From the NCBI GenBank assembly GCA_965228895.1, contig OZ245842.1, forward strand, positions 928,001 to 992,000: a stretch of DNA of 64,000 nt. Direction: 5' to 3'. The position numbers and the translations under genes are program-made. The DNA is from Alphaproteobacteria bacterium. Its GTDB lineage: Bacteria; Pseudomonadota; Alphaproteobacteria; SP197. The notes below the pieces were generated by a model. That model searched no databases and was not told where the DNA came from. It saw only the letters and a program-made list of their open reading frames with translations. This document shows positions 6,894 to 16,786 of this stretch, piece by piece. How positions within the stretch are numbered: the stretch's first letter is position 1; every line of letters begins with the position of its first letter.

Positions 6894-8924
6894 TTATCCA
6901 GCGATGTCGGCGTTTGAGACCAAGACGGGTCCGCTGATGCGATCGGTCGCCGTCGCCCCGCTCGCGAGGTCGGTCCAGAAGCTATTCTCGCGCACGGGAA
7001 GCGAAACAAGCTGCGATGCGTCGAGATTGGTCTTGGGCAGCAACAGAGCCGTTGCCCCGGCGCGGCCGCCGAGTTCCACGATGCGCGCCTGACCGTCGTC
7101 TCTCACCGCGACAATGTCACAGCCGCCGGCGAGGGCGCCGTGAAGATGGCGAACGATATGGGCGCCGGCCAGTGGATTGTAGAGGCGGTCAACCAGGCCG
7201 CCGCTGAAATAGTAGCCGCGGTCGATGCCGGTGAAATTGTCGAGAAACACGGTCACATCGCGATACGCCATGGCGGCGGTCACCGCTTCGGCGATCCGGT
7301 TGGCATCGTGACGGTCGGCCTCGTCCTGGTCCACGGGTTTACGATGGGCGAACTGGACATGGATGGCCGCTGAGATCCCGAGCCCCGCCGCGACATTGCG
7401 CGCGCTCTCGATCGCCGGGGCTGGCGCATCCTGCCAGCCGATGCCGAAGACGACACCGTCGATGGCATCGCGCGCGCCCGGCAGAGCAAGCAGGGCTTCG
7501 ACGGCACCGCGTTCATCGGTCGCCAGGCCATGACTGCTGCTGAAGGCCTCGACATCGACGCGGTAAGCGTTGAAATGGACCGGTGTCTCACCTTTCACCT
7601 CGGCGATGTCGGAGAGCAGATCGGACACGCTGGTGATCGGCGCGATGACTTCCCAGGCCGCCAGACAATCACCGCGTTCCCTCAGAGCGTCACGCGTCGC
7701 GCCCTTCGGCAGGCCATAGGAATAGGCCGTGAAACGGTGACCGAGGGCGGCAAGCTCGACCATGCGCGCGCCGGTCTCAGGGTCGGCCAGGTCATCCAGC
7801 GGCACGCGCAGGTCGCGCACACCCATCTCCCATAGCGCCATGAGCGGATAGTCGTTGCGGATCCGCTTGCGGCTGAAGGCATCGATTCCCCAGGGTGTCG
7901 GGATATCGGCGCCGTCGCACCACGGTTGGCGCAGGTAAAGGCCAACGCCGCGCGCACCTGGTTTCAGGCCGTGGACGGACGGCATTGCGGTCGACGTTTG
8001 GTGCAGAGTTTCCTCTGCTGCGAGTGTCTGGCCGTGGGTGCGAACGATGTGATTGAGGTGGCCGGTGTCGTAGACCTCGACGATGCCGTAACCCAGTTTG
8101 GCGCCGTCATGGCGTCCCTGTTTCATGCCGGGCGCGACACGGAACAGCTCGTGGTAGTCGTGACGCAGGAAGCATATCGACGGCAGCACGTAACAGTTCG
8201 TCGCGTCATGACGGTTAAAGAAGAAGTTGTGAACGTGGCCGGCGTAGAATGCCTCAATACCGTGACGCTCAAGCAAACCAAGCAGCCATGTTCGTCCCGG
8301 TTCGTCGGTGGCGTCATAGTGGCCGGATTCGTCGGCGTCGGACAGATAGGGCGGGTAGTGCGAAAACATGAAGACGCGCCGGCCCTGGTTTTTTTGCAGT
8401 AAGTCTTCAAGCCATTCGCGTTGACGGGTCTCGCACGCCAGGCCCGAGTTGACGATCATGCCGTTGATCACCACGAACAGGCAGTCCTCGTGCTCGAACG
8501 CATAGAAGTGATCCTGAAACTGCCGTTCGTATTCGGCGATCATCTCATCGTTGACGGTCCGTTGCGCTTGCTGCGGGGAGAGCGGCTCGCCCGGGAACGC
8601 CTTCTCGCCGATGTCGTGATTGCCGGCCACCAGATGAAGCGGGCATTGGAGATCGGCGTAGACCCGATGGAAACGCGCGGCTGAGTCGTCATAGGCCGGC
8701 GTACCGGGTTCGGGATGGGTTATGTCGCCCAGATGGACAACAAAGTCCGGCGCGAGCTGGTTGATCTGGTGGACAACGTAGCGCGACCGGTCTGCACCCA
8801 GCCTGACCGTATCGACGTCATAACCACCGATCGCGTCGGCCTCGGCCTCGGTAACGTGTGTATCGGCGACTACGGCGAAGGTGAATAGACGTTGACCCGC
8901 GACGGCGGGTTTGATTGGCATCAT
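6894..8924 (-). CDS. Calcineurin-like metallophosphoesterase with a long uncharacterised C-terminal domain
   Basis: All five metal motifs (ADTH, HLGD, AGNHD, FSHYP, AGHVH) in the first ~240 aa of a 676-aa ORF. Confidence 0.85.
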   Translation of the reverse strand: MMPIKPAVAGQRLFTFAVVADTHVTEAEADAIGGYDVDTVRLGADRSRYVVHQINQLAPDFVVHLGDITHPEPGTPAYDDSAARFHRVYADLQCPLHLVAGNHDIGEKAFPGEPLSPQQAQRTVNDEMIAEYERQFQDHFYAFEHEDCLFVVINGMIVNSGLACETRQREWLEDLLQKNQGRRVFMFSHYPPYLSDADESGHYDATDEPGRTWLLGLLERHGIEAFYAGHVHNFFFNRHDATNCYVLPSICFLRHDYHELFRVAPGMKQGRHDGAKLGYGIVEVYDTGHLNHIVRTHGQTLAAEETLHQTSTAMPSVHGLKPGARGVGLYLRQPWCDGADIPTPWGIDAFSRKRIRNDYPLMALWEMGVRDLRVPLDDLADPETGARMVELAALGHRFTAYSYGLPKGATRDALRERGDCLAAWEVIAPITSVSDLLSDIAEVKGETPVHFNAYRVDVEAFSSSHGLATDERGAVEALLALPGARDAIDGVVFGIGWQDAPAPAIESARNVAAGLGISAAIHVQFAHRKPVDQDEADRHDANRIAEAVTAAMAYRDVTVFLDNFTGIDRGYYFSGGLVDRLYNPLAGAHIVRHLHGALAGGCDIVAVRDDGQARIVELGGRAGATALLLPKTNLDASQLVSLPVRENSFWTDLASGATATDRISGPVLVSNADIAG

Positions 8925-9009
8925 CGCGCTCTACTGATCCGGTCGCGCATGGATATCGTTGGTTCCACGGACCGTTGTCCGCTGAAGGCCATTGCCATGG
9001 TCGCGTCGC

Positions 9010-9372
9010 TTAAGCCGCGATCATATAGAACTTGCGCAGCGTCTTTGTGATCTCCCAGGTACACGGCGTGCCCTTGGGAATGAAGAAGGTGTCGCCGGAC
9101 ACATAGGTTTCGGCTTTGCCGTCAGCGTCGGTGACCGTTACCGAGCCGTCCAGGACCGTCATCATTTCGTTGACTGGATAAGCGTCAATCTCTTCCTTGC
9201 ACGGCGCGCACTCCCAGACGCCGGTCAGAATGCTCTCGTCATCGGACGTGTAGGCGTGGGAGATCATCTCGGTCTGGTCGCTGGTCGTGAACGCTTCGGC
9301 TTGGATGAGATTGGATGGCACCATACCGCCAGCATGGCCTTCGGAAATCAGTCGTGCAGGTTTGTTGGTCAT
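9010..9372 (-). CDS. Small cupin protein (cupin_3/DUF861, EutQ-like)
   Basis: TGVWECAP...EMMTVLDGSVTV...GDTFFIPKG...W...LRKFY; GGAG RBS. Confidence 0.85.
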   Translation of the reverse strand: MTNKPARLISEGHAGGMVPSNLIQAEAFTTSDQTEMISHAYTSDDESILTGVWECAPCKEEIDAYPVNEMMTVLDGSVTVTDADGKAETYVSGDTFFIPKGTPCTWEITKTLRKFYMIAA

Positions 9373-9471
9373 GGCGGTCTCCTCATGTTCATGACGGCTT
9401 CGTCGTTCGCGCGGTCATGATGGACCGCCGTAGCGCAGACCTCAAGATGAGCTGACTGTCGGCCACGAGTG

Positions 9472-10902
9472 TCAGGATTTGCCGAAACCCATGACCGCCT
9501 TGGTTTCGGTGAACTCCGCCAGGCCGTGCTCGCCCCACTCGCGGCCGTTGCCCGAATGCCGGTAGCCGCCGAACGGCGCGGCAGGGTCGGCGGGTGCGCC
9601 GTTCAGGTGCACCATGCCGACACGCAGCTTGCGCGACACGGCGCGGGCGCGCTCCAGATCCGGGGCCTCGACATAGGCGGCCAAGCCGAACGGCGTATCG
9701 TTGGCGATCTCGATGGCTTCGCCCTCATTCGCATAGGGCAGAATGCTCAACACGGGGCCGAAGATTTCTTCGCGGGCGATGGTCATGCCGGGGGACACGT
9801 TCGAAAACACGGTCGGCTTGACGTAGAATCCTTGCGCAAGCCCGTCCGGTCGCCCGGGGCCACCGTGGACGAGGGTCGCGCCTTCGTCGATCCCGAGCTC
9901 GATGTGACGTTGAATGCTCTGCCACTGCTTGGCCGAGACAACGGGGCCGAGGACGGTTTCGGGCTCGTCGGGGTGGCCGACGCGGATCTTTTCGGCTGCG
10001 CGCTCTGCGATGGCCTCGACCTCCGCCAAACGCGATGCGGGCACCAGCATGCGCGTCGGAGAATTGCAGGATTGGCCGGCGTTCCGGAAACAAAGCTGTA
10101 CGCCACGTGTGACCGCGTCGTCGAAATCGATGCCGTCCAGAAGGATGTTCGCCGACTTGCCGCCGAGTTCCTGGCCGACGCGTTTCACCGTGGGCGCCGC
10201 GGCCTGCGCGACGGCGATACCCGCGTTTGTCGAACCGGTAAACGAGATCATGTCGACATCCGGGTGCGCGGCGAGCGCCGCGCCGACGACCGGGCCTTCG
10301 CCCTGGATAAGATTGAACACGCCGGCGGGCACGCCGGCTTCGTCTAGGATTTCGGCGAGGATGATCGCCGGATCCGGCGCAAGTTCCGAGGCCTTCAAGA
10401 CCATCGTGCAACCGGCGGCCAGCGCCGGACCGACCTTGCAGGTGATCTGATTCATTGGCCAGTTCCAAGGCACGATCATGCCGCAGACGCCGATCGGCTC
10501 ATGCATCACACGGGTCGTGCCGAGGTCTTGCTCGAAGGCATGGGCCTCCAGTATCGCGAGAACCTGCTTGAAGTGGCTTAAGCCCGCTCCCGCCTGGAAG
10601 CGTGTGGCGAACGCCCGGGGCGCGCCCATCTGGCGGGATATGGCCTCACCTATGTCATCGAACCGGCTTTTGTAGAGGTCGACAATACGCTGCAGCAACG
10701 CCATGCGTTCGGTCAGCGGCGTATCGGCATACGAACTGAAGGCCTTCCGCGCTGCCGCCACGGCGCGGTCGACATCGGCCTGTTCGCCCAGAATCAGCTC
10801 GCCGCCAACCTCCTCGGTCGCGGGATTGACGAGGGGCTGCGTTCGCGTGCCGGCCGGCTTCACCCATTCGCCGCCGATGTAAAACCCGGTTCTTGATGTC
10901 AT
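9472..10902 (-). CDS. NAD(P)-dependent aldehyde dehydrogenase
   Basis: PWNWP, SFTGST, ELGGKS, GQSC (catalytic Cys), EEIFGPV, PFGG; start placed at MTSRTGFYIGG. Confidence 0.95.
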   Translation of the reverse strand: MTSRTGFYIGGEWVKPAGTRTQPLVNPATEEVGGELILGEQADVDRAVAAARKAFSSYADTPLTERMALLQRIVDLYKSRFDDIGEAISRQMGAPRAFATRFQAGAGLSHFKQVLAILEAHAFEQDLGTTRVMHEPIGVCGMIVPWNWPMNQITCKVGPALAAGCTMVLKASELAPDPAIILAEILDEAGVPAGVFNLIQGEGPVVGAALAAHPDVDMISFTGSTNAGIAVAQAAAPTVKRVGQELGGKSANILLDGIDFDDAVTRGVQLCFRNAGQSCNSPTRMLVPASRLAEVEAIAERAAEKIRVGHPDEPETVLGPVVSAKQWQSIQRHIELGIDEGATLVHGGPGRPDGLAQGFYVKPTVFSNVSPGMTIAREEIFGPVLSILPYANEGEAIEIANDTPFGLAAYVEAPDLERARAVSRKLRVGMVHLNGAPADPAAPFGGYRHSGNGREWGEHGLAEFTETKAVMGFGKS

Positions 10903-11119
10903 CTGGAGTCTCGTTGTTTTTGGGACCGTACCGTCTGGTCGGCGGCCATGCTCTCGCAATGCCAGCCGTGCGGCCCGCTTAGCACATGTCAGAGTGCGCC
11001 GCATCGGTTGTGATACGCGCCTTCCCGCGATCAGAGATCGCCATCAAAGGTGGCCCGTCGTCTCAGCCTACAAGCGGCCGTGCGGCATGGGTGGCGCCGC
11101 ACGGCCGGTCGTCGCGGAG

Positions 11120-12355
11120 TTACCAGAAGAGATGCGGTGTCGGCGTGATCTCGTCGACACCGTCGGCGGTGACGATGAAGTTGGTCTCGAAGGTTGCGGT
11201 GCCTGCTTCCTTGGATTCAAAGAACGCCTCGACGGAATGGACCATGTTCTCTTCGAACAGTTCGTCGTCGCCGCAGATCCGCGATTCGATATAGGGCGCC
11301 TCCCACATGCAGCCGACGCTGTGACCGTAATAGGGCCAGGCGGTCTTGAGGATCTCCGACTGGTAGCCTGACGCTTCGGAAAGCTTGTCACCCAGAAGCG
11401 CGACATCCTTGACCTTCACGCCCGGTTTGATGGCCGCCATCAGCTGTTCCATGACGTCGACCAGTGTCTCGATCAGGTGTTTCTGCGCCGGCTTCGGCTT
11501 GCCGCCGCAGACTGCCGTACGGCCGGGATCGAGCCAGTAACCCTTGTAGATCGGCCCATAGATGAAGCCGTGCACGATGTCGCCCTTTGCCGGCGTCTTG
11601 GTGCTGAAGCCCTGGATCGGATCGCTCTCAAGGTACTGGCTGACGGCGCCATGCGAGATAGCGATGCGGTGCCAGTTGCAAGCCTTCTCCAGCAGGATCT
11701 TGCCGGCGGCGCCCGCTGCCTCGCCTTCCGACTTGCCCTGGATCAGCGCTTCCATCAACGCGACGTGGGCCTTGGTGACGATCTCGCCGGCTTCGCGGTA
11801 AAGCGCGATTTCCAGCGGGCTCTTGATCAGTCGCACGTTGCGGATCAGGTCGTCTTCGTGAACCCATTCGATCTGCGGTGTCTTGGCTTCCAATTGCAGC
11901 CAGTACTTCATCGGAAAGAAGTCCGTGCCGACGAGGGCGACACGCCCTTCGATGTTGCGTTCGCGAAGCCGCTCCGCCAAGCCGCCGACGGGGTCATAGA
12001 GGCCGCTAAACCGGTCGGTCGCGATCTGGTCGTAACGTGCCTCTGTCTCATCGGTGATCAGCTCGGGCACCTCACCGGGCTGCAGGATGACGGCGCTGAA
12101 CGAACGCGCGTTCCACAGGTTGGTGTCGGGCTCCTGGCCGGAATGGGTGGAAAAGAAATTGGTCAGGTAGAGCATGTCGCCGGCGCGTTCGTAGACACCG
12201 GATGTCTTGCCGAAGACCACCGCGCAATCGTAACCGAGCCGAGCCATCTCGGCGTGCGCCTTGTCCCACCGCGCCTCGTACTCGTCGAGAGGAAACGGCC
12301 GGATATCCGACTGCGCCTGAAGATTGCTTGATCGGGGATAGGATGAACTGTTCAT
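11120..12355 (-). CDS. M24 family (creatinase/ectoine hydrolase/Xaa-Pro peptidase-like) hydrolase
   Basis: Creatinase_N-like start FPLDEYEARW; RLIKSPLEI; GYWLDPGRT; GHSVG; first metal-binding Asp of prolidases apparently absent. Confidence 0.8.
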   Translation of the reverse strand: MNSSSYPRSSNLQAQSDIRPFPLDEYEARWDKAHAEMARLGYDCAVVFGKTSGVYERAGDMLYLTNFFSTHSGQEPDTNLWNARSFSAVILQPGEVPELITDETEARYDQIATDRFSGLYDPVGGLAERLRERNIEGRVALVGTDFFPMKYWLQLEAKTPQIEWVHEDDLIRNVRLIKSPLEIALYREAGEIVTKAHVALMEALIQGKSEGEAAGAAGKILLEKACNWHRIAISHGAVSQYLESDPIQGFSTKTPAKGDIVHGFIYGPIYKGYWLDPGRTAVCGGKPKPAQKHLIETLVDVMEQLMAAIKPGVKVKDVALLGDKLSEASGYQSEILKTAWPYYGHSVGCMWEAPYIESRICGDDELFEENMVHSVEAFFESKEAGTATFETNFIVTADGVDEITPTPHLFW

Positions 12356-12567
12356 GGCATGCCCTTCCATGGTTGGCGCCCCGGGACGGTAAGGTCGCGA
12401 GGCCTGCTCTGTGTCAGCCGTTCCGGGAGATACCTGTGCTCAAAGGCCGCTGACCCGCCCATCGGCAAAGGTCAACGGTCGCCACAGTCCCCAGACGACA
12501 GTTCTGCGGCCAGCCTAGGAGGCCCCTCGGGACCCGACAATGGTGTCCCCAGTCACCCCTTGGACGA

Positions 12568-13665
12568 TCAGCCGGCCATCAGGGCATTCCGCGGTGTGGC
12601 GTCGTGGGCCAAAAGACCATGAAGAATGAGCGAGAAGAGCTCGCGCTCGGTGGTGATATCGAGCTTCTGATAGAGCCGGTAGCGGTGATTCTTTACGCTG
12701 CCGTGACTGATGCCGAGCTTCTTGGCGATCAGGTCGTTGGGAAATCCCAGCATGACAAAGGCGATGATCTCCGCCTCTCTGGGGGTCAGCCCATGGCGAT
12801 CGCGGAACTGGGCGACCACACTGTTCCGGTCCGTGTCCAGAGCGTCGGGCGCGCGTTCCTCGACCGCGCAAATCCAGCCGCCCGGCGCGACGCCAAAGGC
12901 CTCGTCCAACTGCTGCCAGTGCAGGCTTTGGTCGCGATCCAGCGGGATCATACCGGACGGTCCCCGTAGCATGGCGGTTATCTGGACGAGTTCGGGATGG
13001 GTTTCCTCCATCGCCTGCCAGTCGTCGCTTTGGTAGAGCAGCCGCTTGTTGCGGTCCAACAGCATCATGACACCGGGCAGTTCCCAGACCGGCTGATTGC
13101 CGCCGCCGACGGTCAGGCGAAGGACCTGATCCAGATGCGCCGCATGAAGCGCGTCGAGCAGGGGGTAGAGGCGACGTATGGCGTCGATTTCGTGATCCTG
13201 GAACCGGCGTGTCGACTGATCGCAGCACACACCGATGAAGACCTGGCCGGGCGCCGGCAACAGGACGGCCAGCTCGTCATAGATCAACGCCGTCCGGCGG
13301 ATGGTGTCGTAGTAAGGGTTGTCGCCGTCGTCGCGGCGCAGCGCGCTCAAGGCAACGACAGCGCCGGCCTCCTGGGTCCTGCTGTACTGATAGAGCGGAT
13401 CGACGCGATAGAGGTCGGCCCGATAGAACTCGATCGCCTCGTCGGTCATCGCCGTGTTGATGATGAACTCCGGCGCGCCATAGCGGTTGTACCGAATGAC
13501 GATCAGGCGCTCGCTGCCCAAGAGTTCGGCCAGAAGACGCGCCAGTTCCTGATAGAAGCGGGGCGTACACACGGCGCGCGCAACCGCCGCCAGATTGCGG
13601 TGCAGCGATGCCGGGCCGACATCCAGAGGATTTGTCTCGGCCATTGTGTCAGGGACGTGCTCCAC
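12568..13665 (-). CDS. LuxR-family transcriptional regulator with N-terminal sensor domain
   Basis: C-terminal HTH LTPREAEII...GFPNDLIAKKLGISHGSVKNHRYRLYQKLDI. Confidence 0.88.
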   Translation of the reverse strand: MEHVPDTMAETNPLDVGPASLHRNLAAVARAVCTPRFYQELARLLAELLGSERLIVIRYNRYGAPEFIINTAMTDEAIEFYRADLYRVDPLYQYSRTQEAGAVVALSALRRDDGDNPYYDTIRRTALIYDELAVLLPAPGQVFIGVCCDQSTRRFQDHEIDAIRRLYPLLDALHAAHLDQVLRLTVGGGNQPVWELPGVMMLLDRNKRLLYQSDDWQAMEETHPELVQITAMLRGPSGMIPLDRDQSLHWQQLDEAFGVAPGGWICAVEERAPDALDTDRNSVVAQFRDRHGLTPREAEIIAFVMLGFPNDLIAKKLGISHGSVKNHRYRLYQKLDITTERELFSLILHGLLAHDATPRNALMAG

Positions 13666-13695
13666 AGGCGCAGTCTAGAGCCTGCCGCCGCGGGG

Positions 13696-15126
13696 TTAAA
13701 TGGTGCTGTCGCCGGCCTTGCTTGCCGCCTTCACCGCTTCGTAGCCAGCCAAGGCCGCGGATCGTGCGGCGGCGTGGTCGACGATGGGCCGCGGATAGGT
13801 GGTTCCAAGTATGACTCCAGCAGCACGCAGTACTTCTTCCGTCGCTTTGAACGGTGCGTGGATCATCTTGTTGTCGAGTCCGGCAAGCTCCGGGCACCAG
13901 CGTCTGACATAGGCGCCGTCGGGGTCGAACTTCTCGCCCTGTGTCATGGGATTGAAGATGCGGAAATAGGGCGCGGCGTCGGCGCCACAGCCGGCAACCC
14001 ACTGCCAGCTTGCCGCGTTGTTGGCGAGATCGGCGTCGAGCAACGTGTCCCAGAACCATGCCTCGCCGTGCGACCAGTGAAGGCGCAGGTGCTTGACCAG
14101 AAAGCTGGCCACGACCATGCGCACACGGTTGTGCATGTAGCCGGTCTGCCAGAGTTCGCGCATGCCGGCATCGATCAGGGGATAGCCGGTCTGGCCTTTT
14201 TGCCAAGCTTTAAGGTCCGCGTCGTCGTCACGCCAGGGATAAGCGTCGAAAGCCGGACGCCAGTTGTGCTCGGGTAAGGTCGGAAAGTGATAGAGCAGGT
14301 GATAGGAGAATTCCCGCCATCCGATTTCGCTCAGGAACTTGTCGACGTCCTTGCGGTATGCGGGTTCGCGTTCAGCCACGAACTGGGCACGTGTCCAGAT
14401 CTGGCGCGGCGAAATCTCTCCCCAATGCAGATGCGGTGACAGCCGCGAGACGTTCGCCTTGTCCGGCCGATCCCGCAGACCGCCGTAACCGGCAAGGCCG
14501 TTTTCGAGAAAGCTGTCCAGTCTTGTCTGGGCACCGGCTTCGCCAGGCTGCCAAAGGTTATCCCAACCTTCAGCCCAGTCGGGTGATGACGGCAGGAGAT
14601 TCCAGTCGTCGAGATCATCGCCGTAAGTTGGCGCTGCTTCGGCATCGATCTTCGGAGCGTTGAGCGGTCGCGCGACCTCTTGCCGTTGGGCCGCCCGCCA
14701 GAAAGGTGAATAGACCTTGAACGGCCCGCCCTGGCCGGTCTTAACCTCCCAGGGCTCAACCAACAGGGAGCCGTTGAAGCTCTGCACGTCTAAGCCGCGT
14801 TCGCGCAAGGCTGCCTTGATTGTCTTGTCGCGCGTTGTGGCGTGGGGTTCGTAGCAGCGGTTCCAGCAGACAGCATCGGCGCCCGTCTGGTCGATAAGCG
14901 CGTTCAGAACGTCCAGCGGGTCGCCGCGCGTCAAGATGAATTCGGGAACGTCGTTCTTGAGCGCGGCGAGGCTCTTGTGCAGCCACCAACGGCTCGCGCC
15001 GCCCAGCGGTCGCCCGCCATCGTCCAGAATGTAGACGGGGACAACGGTGCCGCGTTCGGCGGCGTGGGTGAGGGCCGGGTTGTCGGAGAGACGGAGGTCC
15101 TGGCGAAACCACATGATGGTCTTCAT
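13696..15126 (-). CDS. phr: Deoxyribodipyrimidine (CPD) photolyase
   Basis: WFRQDLRLSDNPAL, SRLSPHLHWGEIS, WREF, TGYPLIDAGMRELWQTGYMHNRVRM, DADLANN, PYFRIFNP. Confidence 0.95.
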   Translation of the reverse strand: MKTIMWFRQDLRLSDNPALTHAAERGTVVPVYILDDGGRPLGGASRWWLHKSLAALKNDVPEFILTRGDPLDVLNALIDQTGADAVCWNRCYEPHATTRDKTIKAALRERGLDVQSFNGSLLVEPWEVKTGQGGPFKVYSPFWRAAQRQEVARPLNAPKIDAEAAPTYGDDLDDWNLLPSSPDWAEGWDNLWQPGEAGAQTRLDSFLENGLAGYGGLRDRPDKANVSRLSPHLHWGEISPRQIWTRAQFVAEREPAYRKDVDKFLSEIGWREFSYHLLYHFPTLPEHNWRPAFDAYPWRDDDADLKAWQKGQTGYPLIDAGMRELWQTGYMHNRVRMVVASFLVKHLRLHWSHGEAWFWDTLLDADLANNAASWQWVAGCGADAAPYFRIFNPMTQGEKFDPDGAYVRRWCPELAGLDNKMIHAPFKATEEVLRAAGVILGTTYPRPIVDHAAARSAALAGYEAVKAASKAGDSTI

Positions 15127-15154
15127 GACAGGTCTCCTGTTGGTCTAGGCGGTG

Positions 15155-16684
15155 TCATGGCAGCGTTGCCAGAAACGACGCGGCACTCTGCCGATAGGCA
15201 GCCTGCTTTTCCCCATCCATGCGATCCCACGTGGCGTAGACATTGGTAAGACGAGGATTGCCGCACAACACATCCGCGTTGCGGTCCAGGAAGTCCCAAT
15301 AGAGCGCGTTGAACGGGCAGGCGCCATCGCCTGTCTTCTGGTTCACGTCGAATCGGCAGCCGCCGCAATAGTCGGACATCTTGTTGATGTAGTTGCCGCT
15401 TGCCGCATAGGGTTTCGACGCGAGCAGTCCGCCATCGGCAAACTGGCTCATGCCAAGCGTGTTCGGCAGTTCGACCCATTCATAGGCATCCGCATAGACC
15501 ATCAGATACCATTCGTGAACCGCGCGCGGTGCGACGCCTACCAGCATGGCGAAGTTGCCGGTGATCATCAGCCGCTGGATATGATGGGCATAGGCCTCTT
15601 CCTTGGTCTGGGTGATCGCGGCGCTGAGGCACGCCATGTCCGTCTCACCGGTCCAATAGAAGTCGGGCAGCGGGCGCGATGCGCCGAAGGCGTTCTTGTC
15701 AAGATAACCGGGCATGGTGAGCCAATAGATACCGCGCACATATTCGCGCCAGCCTATGATCTGGCGGATGAACCCTTCCGCGGCGTTGATCGGCACATGA
15801 CCGGCGTAGTAGGCGGCTTCGACGTCGCGGCAGACGTCGAGTGGGTCCAACAGACCGGCATTGATGGTGTGGCTGAGGACGCTGTGATAGAGGAAGCGGT
15901 GGTCCCTCAGCATCGCGTCCTGATAGTCGCCGAAAGACGGCAGGACGGTTTCAACAAAGTGATCGAGCGCCGCTTCAGCCTGCGCCGCCGTCACGGCGAA
16001 CCAGAAGGGGTGGAGGTCACCGAAGTGGTCGCCGAAACGGTCGGCGACCAAGCGGAGCACCTCCTGTGTCGTCTCGTCGGGATCGAAGCGCGGGGGCTGC
16101 GGCATGAGGAGATCGGATTTTGCCGGCTTCCTGTTGTCGCGATCGAAGTTCCATCGACCGCCCGCCGGTTTTCCGCCGTCCATCAAGAGGCCGGTTCGCT
16201 GACGCATCTCCCGATAAAAGTGTTCCATGCGCAGCTGTTTGCGTCCTTCGGCCCAGCGCGCGAAGTCGGTGCGTGAACAGACGAATCGGTCGTCGTCCAG
16301 GATGGTCGTCGGCAGGCGGAAACGTTCGGCCCACCTCTCCATCGTGGCGCGCACCCGCCACTCGCCGGGCTCGCAGATCAGCATAGATGTTGGCTGATGA
16401 CGTCTTATGGCGCGTTCGACCTCGCCGGTGAACGAGCCGGTGTTGCCGTCATCGTCCAGGCGCACATAGTCGACTTGCCAGCCGCCCTCGCGAAGACGGT
16501 CGGCGAAGTGGCGCATGGCGGAAAACAGGAAGGCGATCTTCTTCTTGTGATGGCGTACGTAGGTTGCCTCCTCCACAACCTCGACCATCAAGATCCGGTC
16601 GCGGCCCTTGTCCGCCGCCTTTAGCGACGAAAGGGAGAACGATAGCTGGTCGCCAAGGATAAGGACGAGTCGACGTTCGACCAT
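15155..16684 (-). CDS. FeS-cluster bacterial cryptochrome/(6-4) photolyase (CryB/PhrB-type)
   Basis: LILGDQLS, HHKKKI, EGFIRQIIGWREY, YAHHIQRLM; four Cys ligands in MACL, YCGGC, ACPFN. Confidence 0.93.
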   Translation of the reverse strand: MVERRLVLILGDQLSFSLSSLKAADKGRDRILMVEVVEEATYVRHHKKKIAFLFSAMRHFADRLREGGWQVDYVRLDDDGNTGSFTGEVERAIRRHQPTSMLICEPGEWRVRATMERWAERFRLPTTILDDDRFVCSRTDFARWAEGRKQLRMEHFYREMRQRTGLLMDGGKPAGGRWNFDRDNRKPAKSDLLMPQPPRFDPDETTQEVLRLVADRFGDHFGDLHPFWFAVTAAQAEAALDHFVETVLPSFGDYQDAMLRDHRFLYHSVLSHTINAGLLDPLDVCRDVEAAYYAGHVPINAAEGFIRQIIGWREYVRGIYWLTMPGYLDKNAFGASRPLPDFYWTGETDMACLSAAITQTKEEAYAHHIQRLMITGNFAMLVGVAPRAVHEWYLMVYADAYEWVELPNTLGMSQFADGGLLASKPYAASGNYINKMSDYCGGCRFDVNQKTGDGACPFNALYWDFLDRNADVLCGNPRLTNVYATWDRMDGEKQAAYRQSAASFLATLP

Positions 16685-16786
16685 AGCGGGATTTGAGCCG
16701 GTGAAGAGGGGTTCTGACTCTCTTACGCAGCAACACGACCGGTGTATCACCGTCTACAAGAAGGCGCAGCGCCTCCGGGTTCACCG

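Noticed and set aside
12484-12556. GTCCCCAG direct repeat upstream of the M24 gene as a LuxR operator
   Set aside because: Only two 8-bp GC-rich copies, which is not distinguishable from chance
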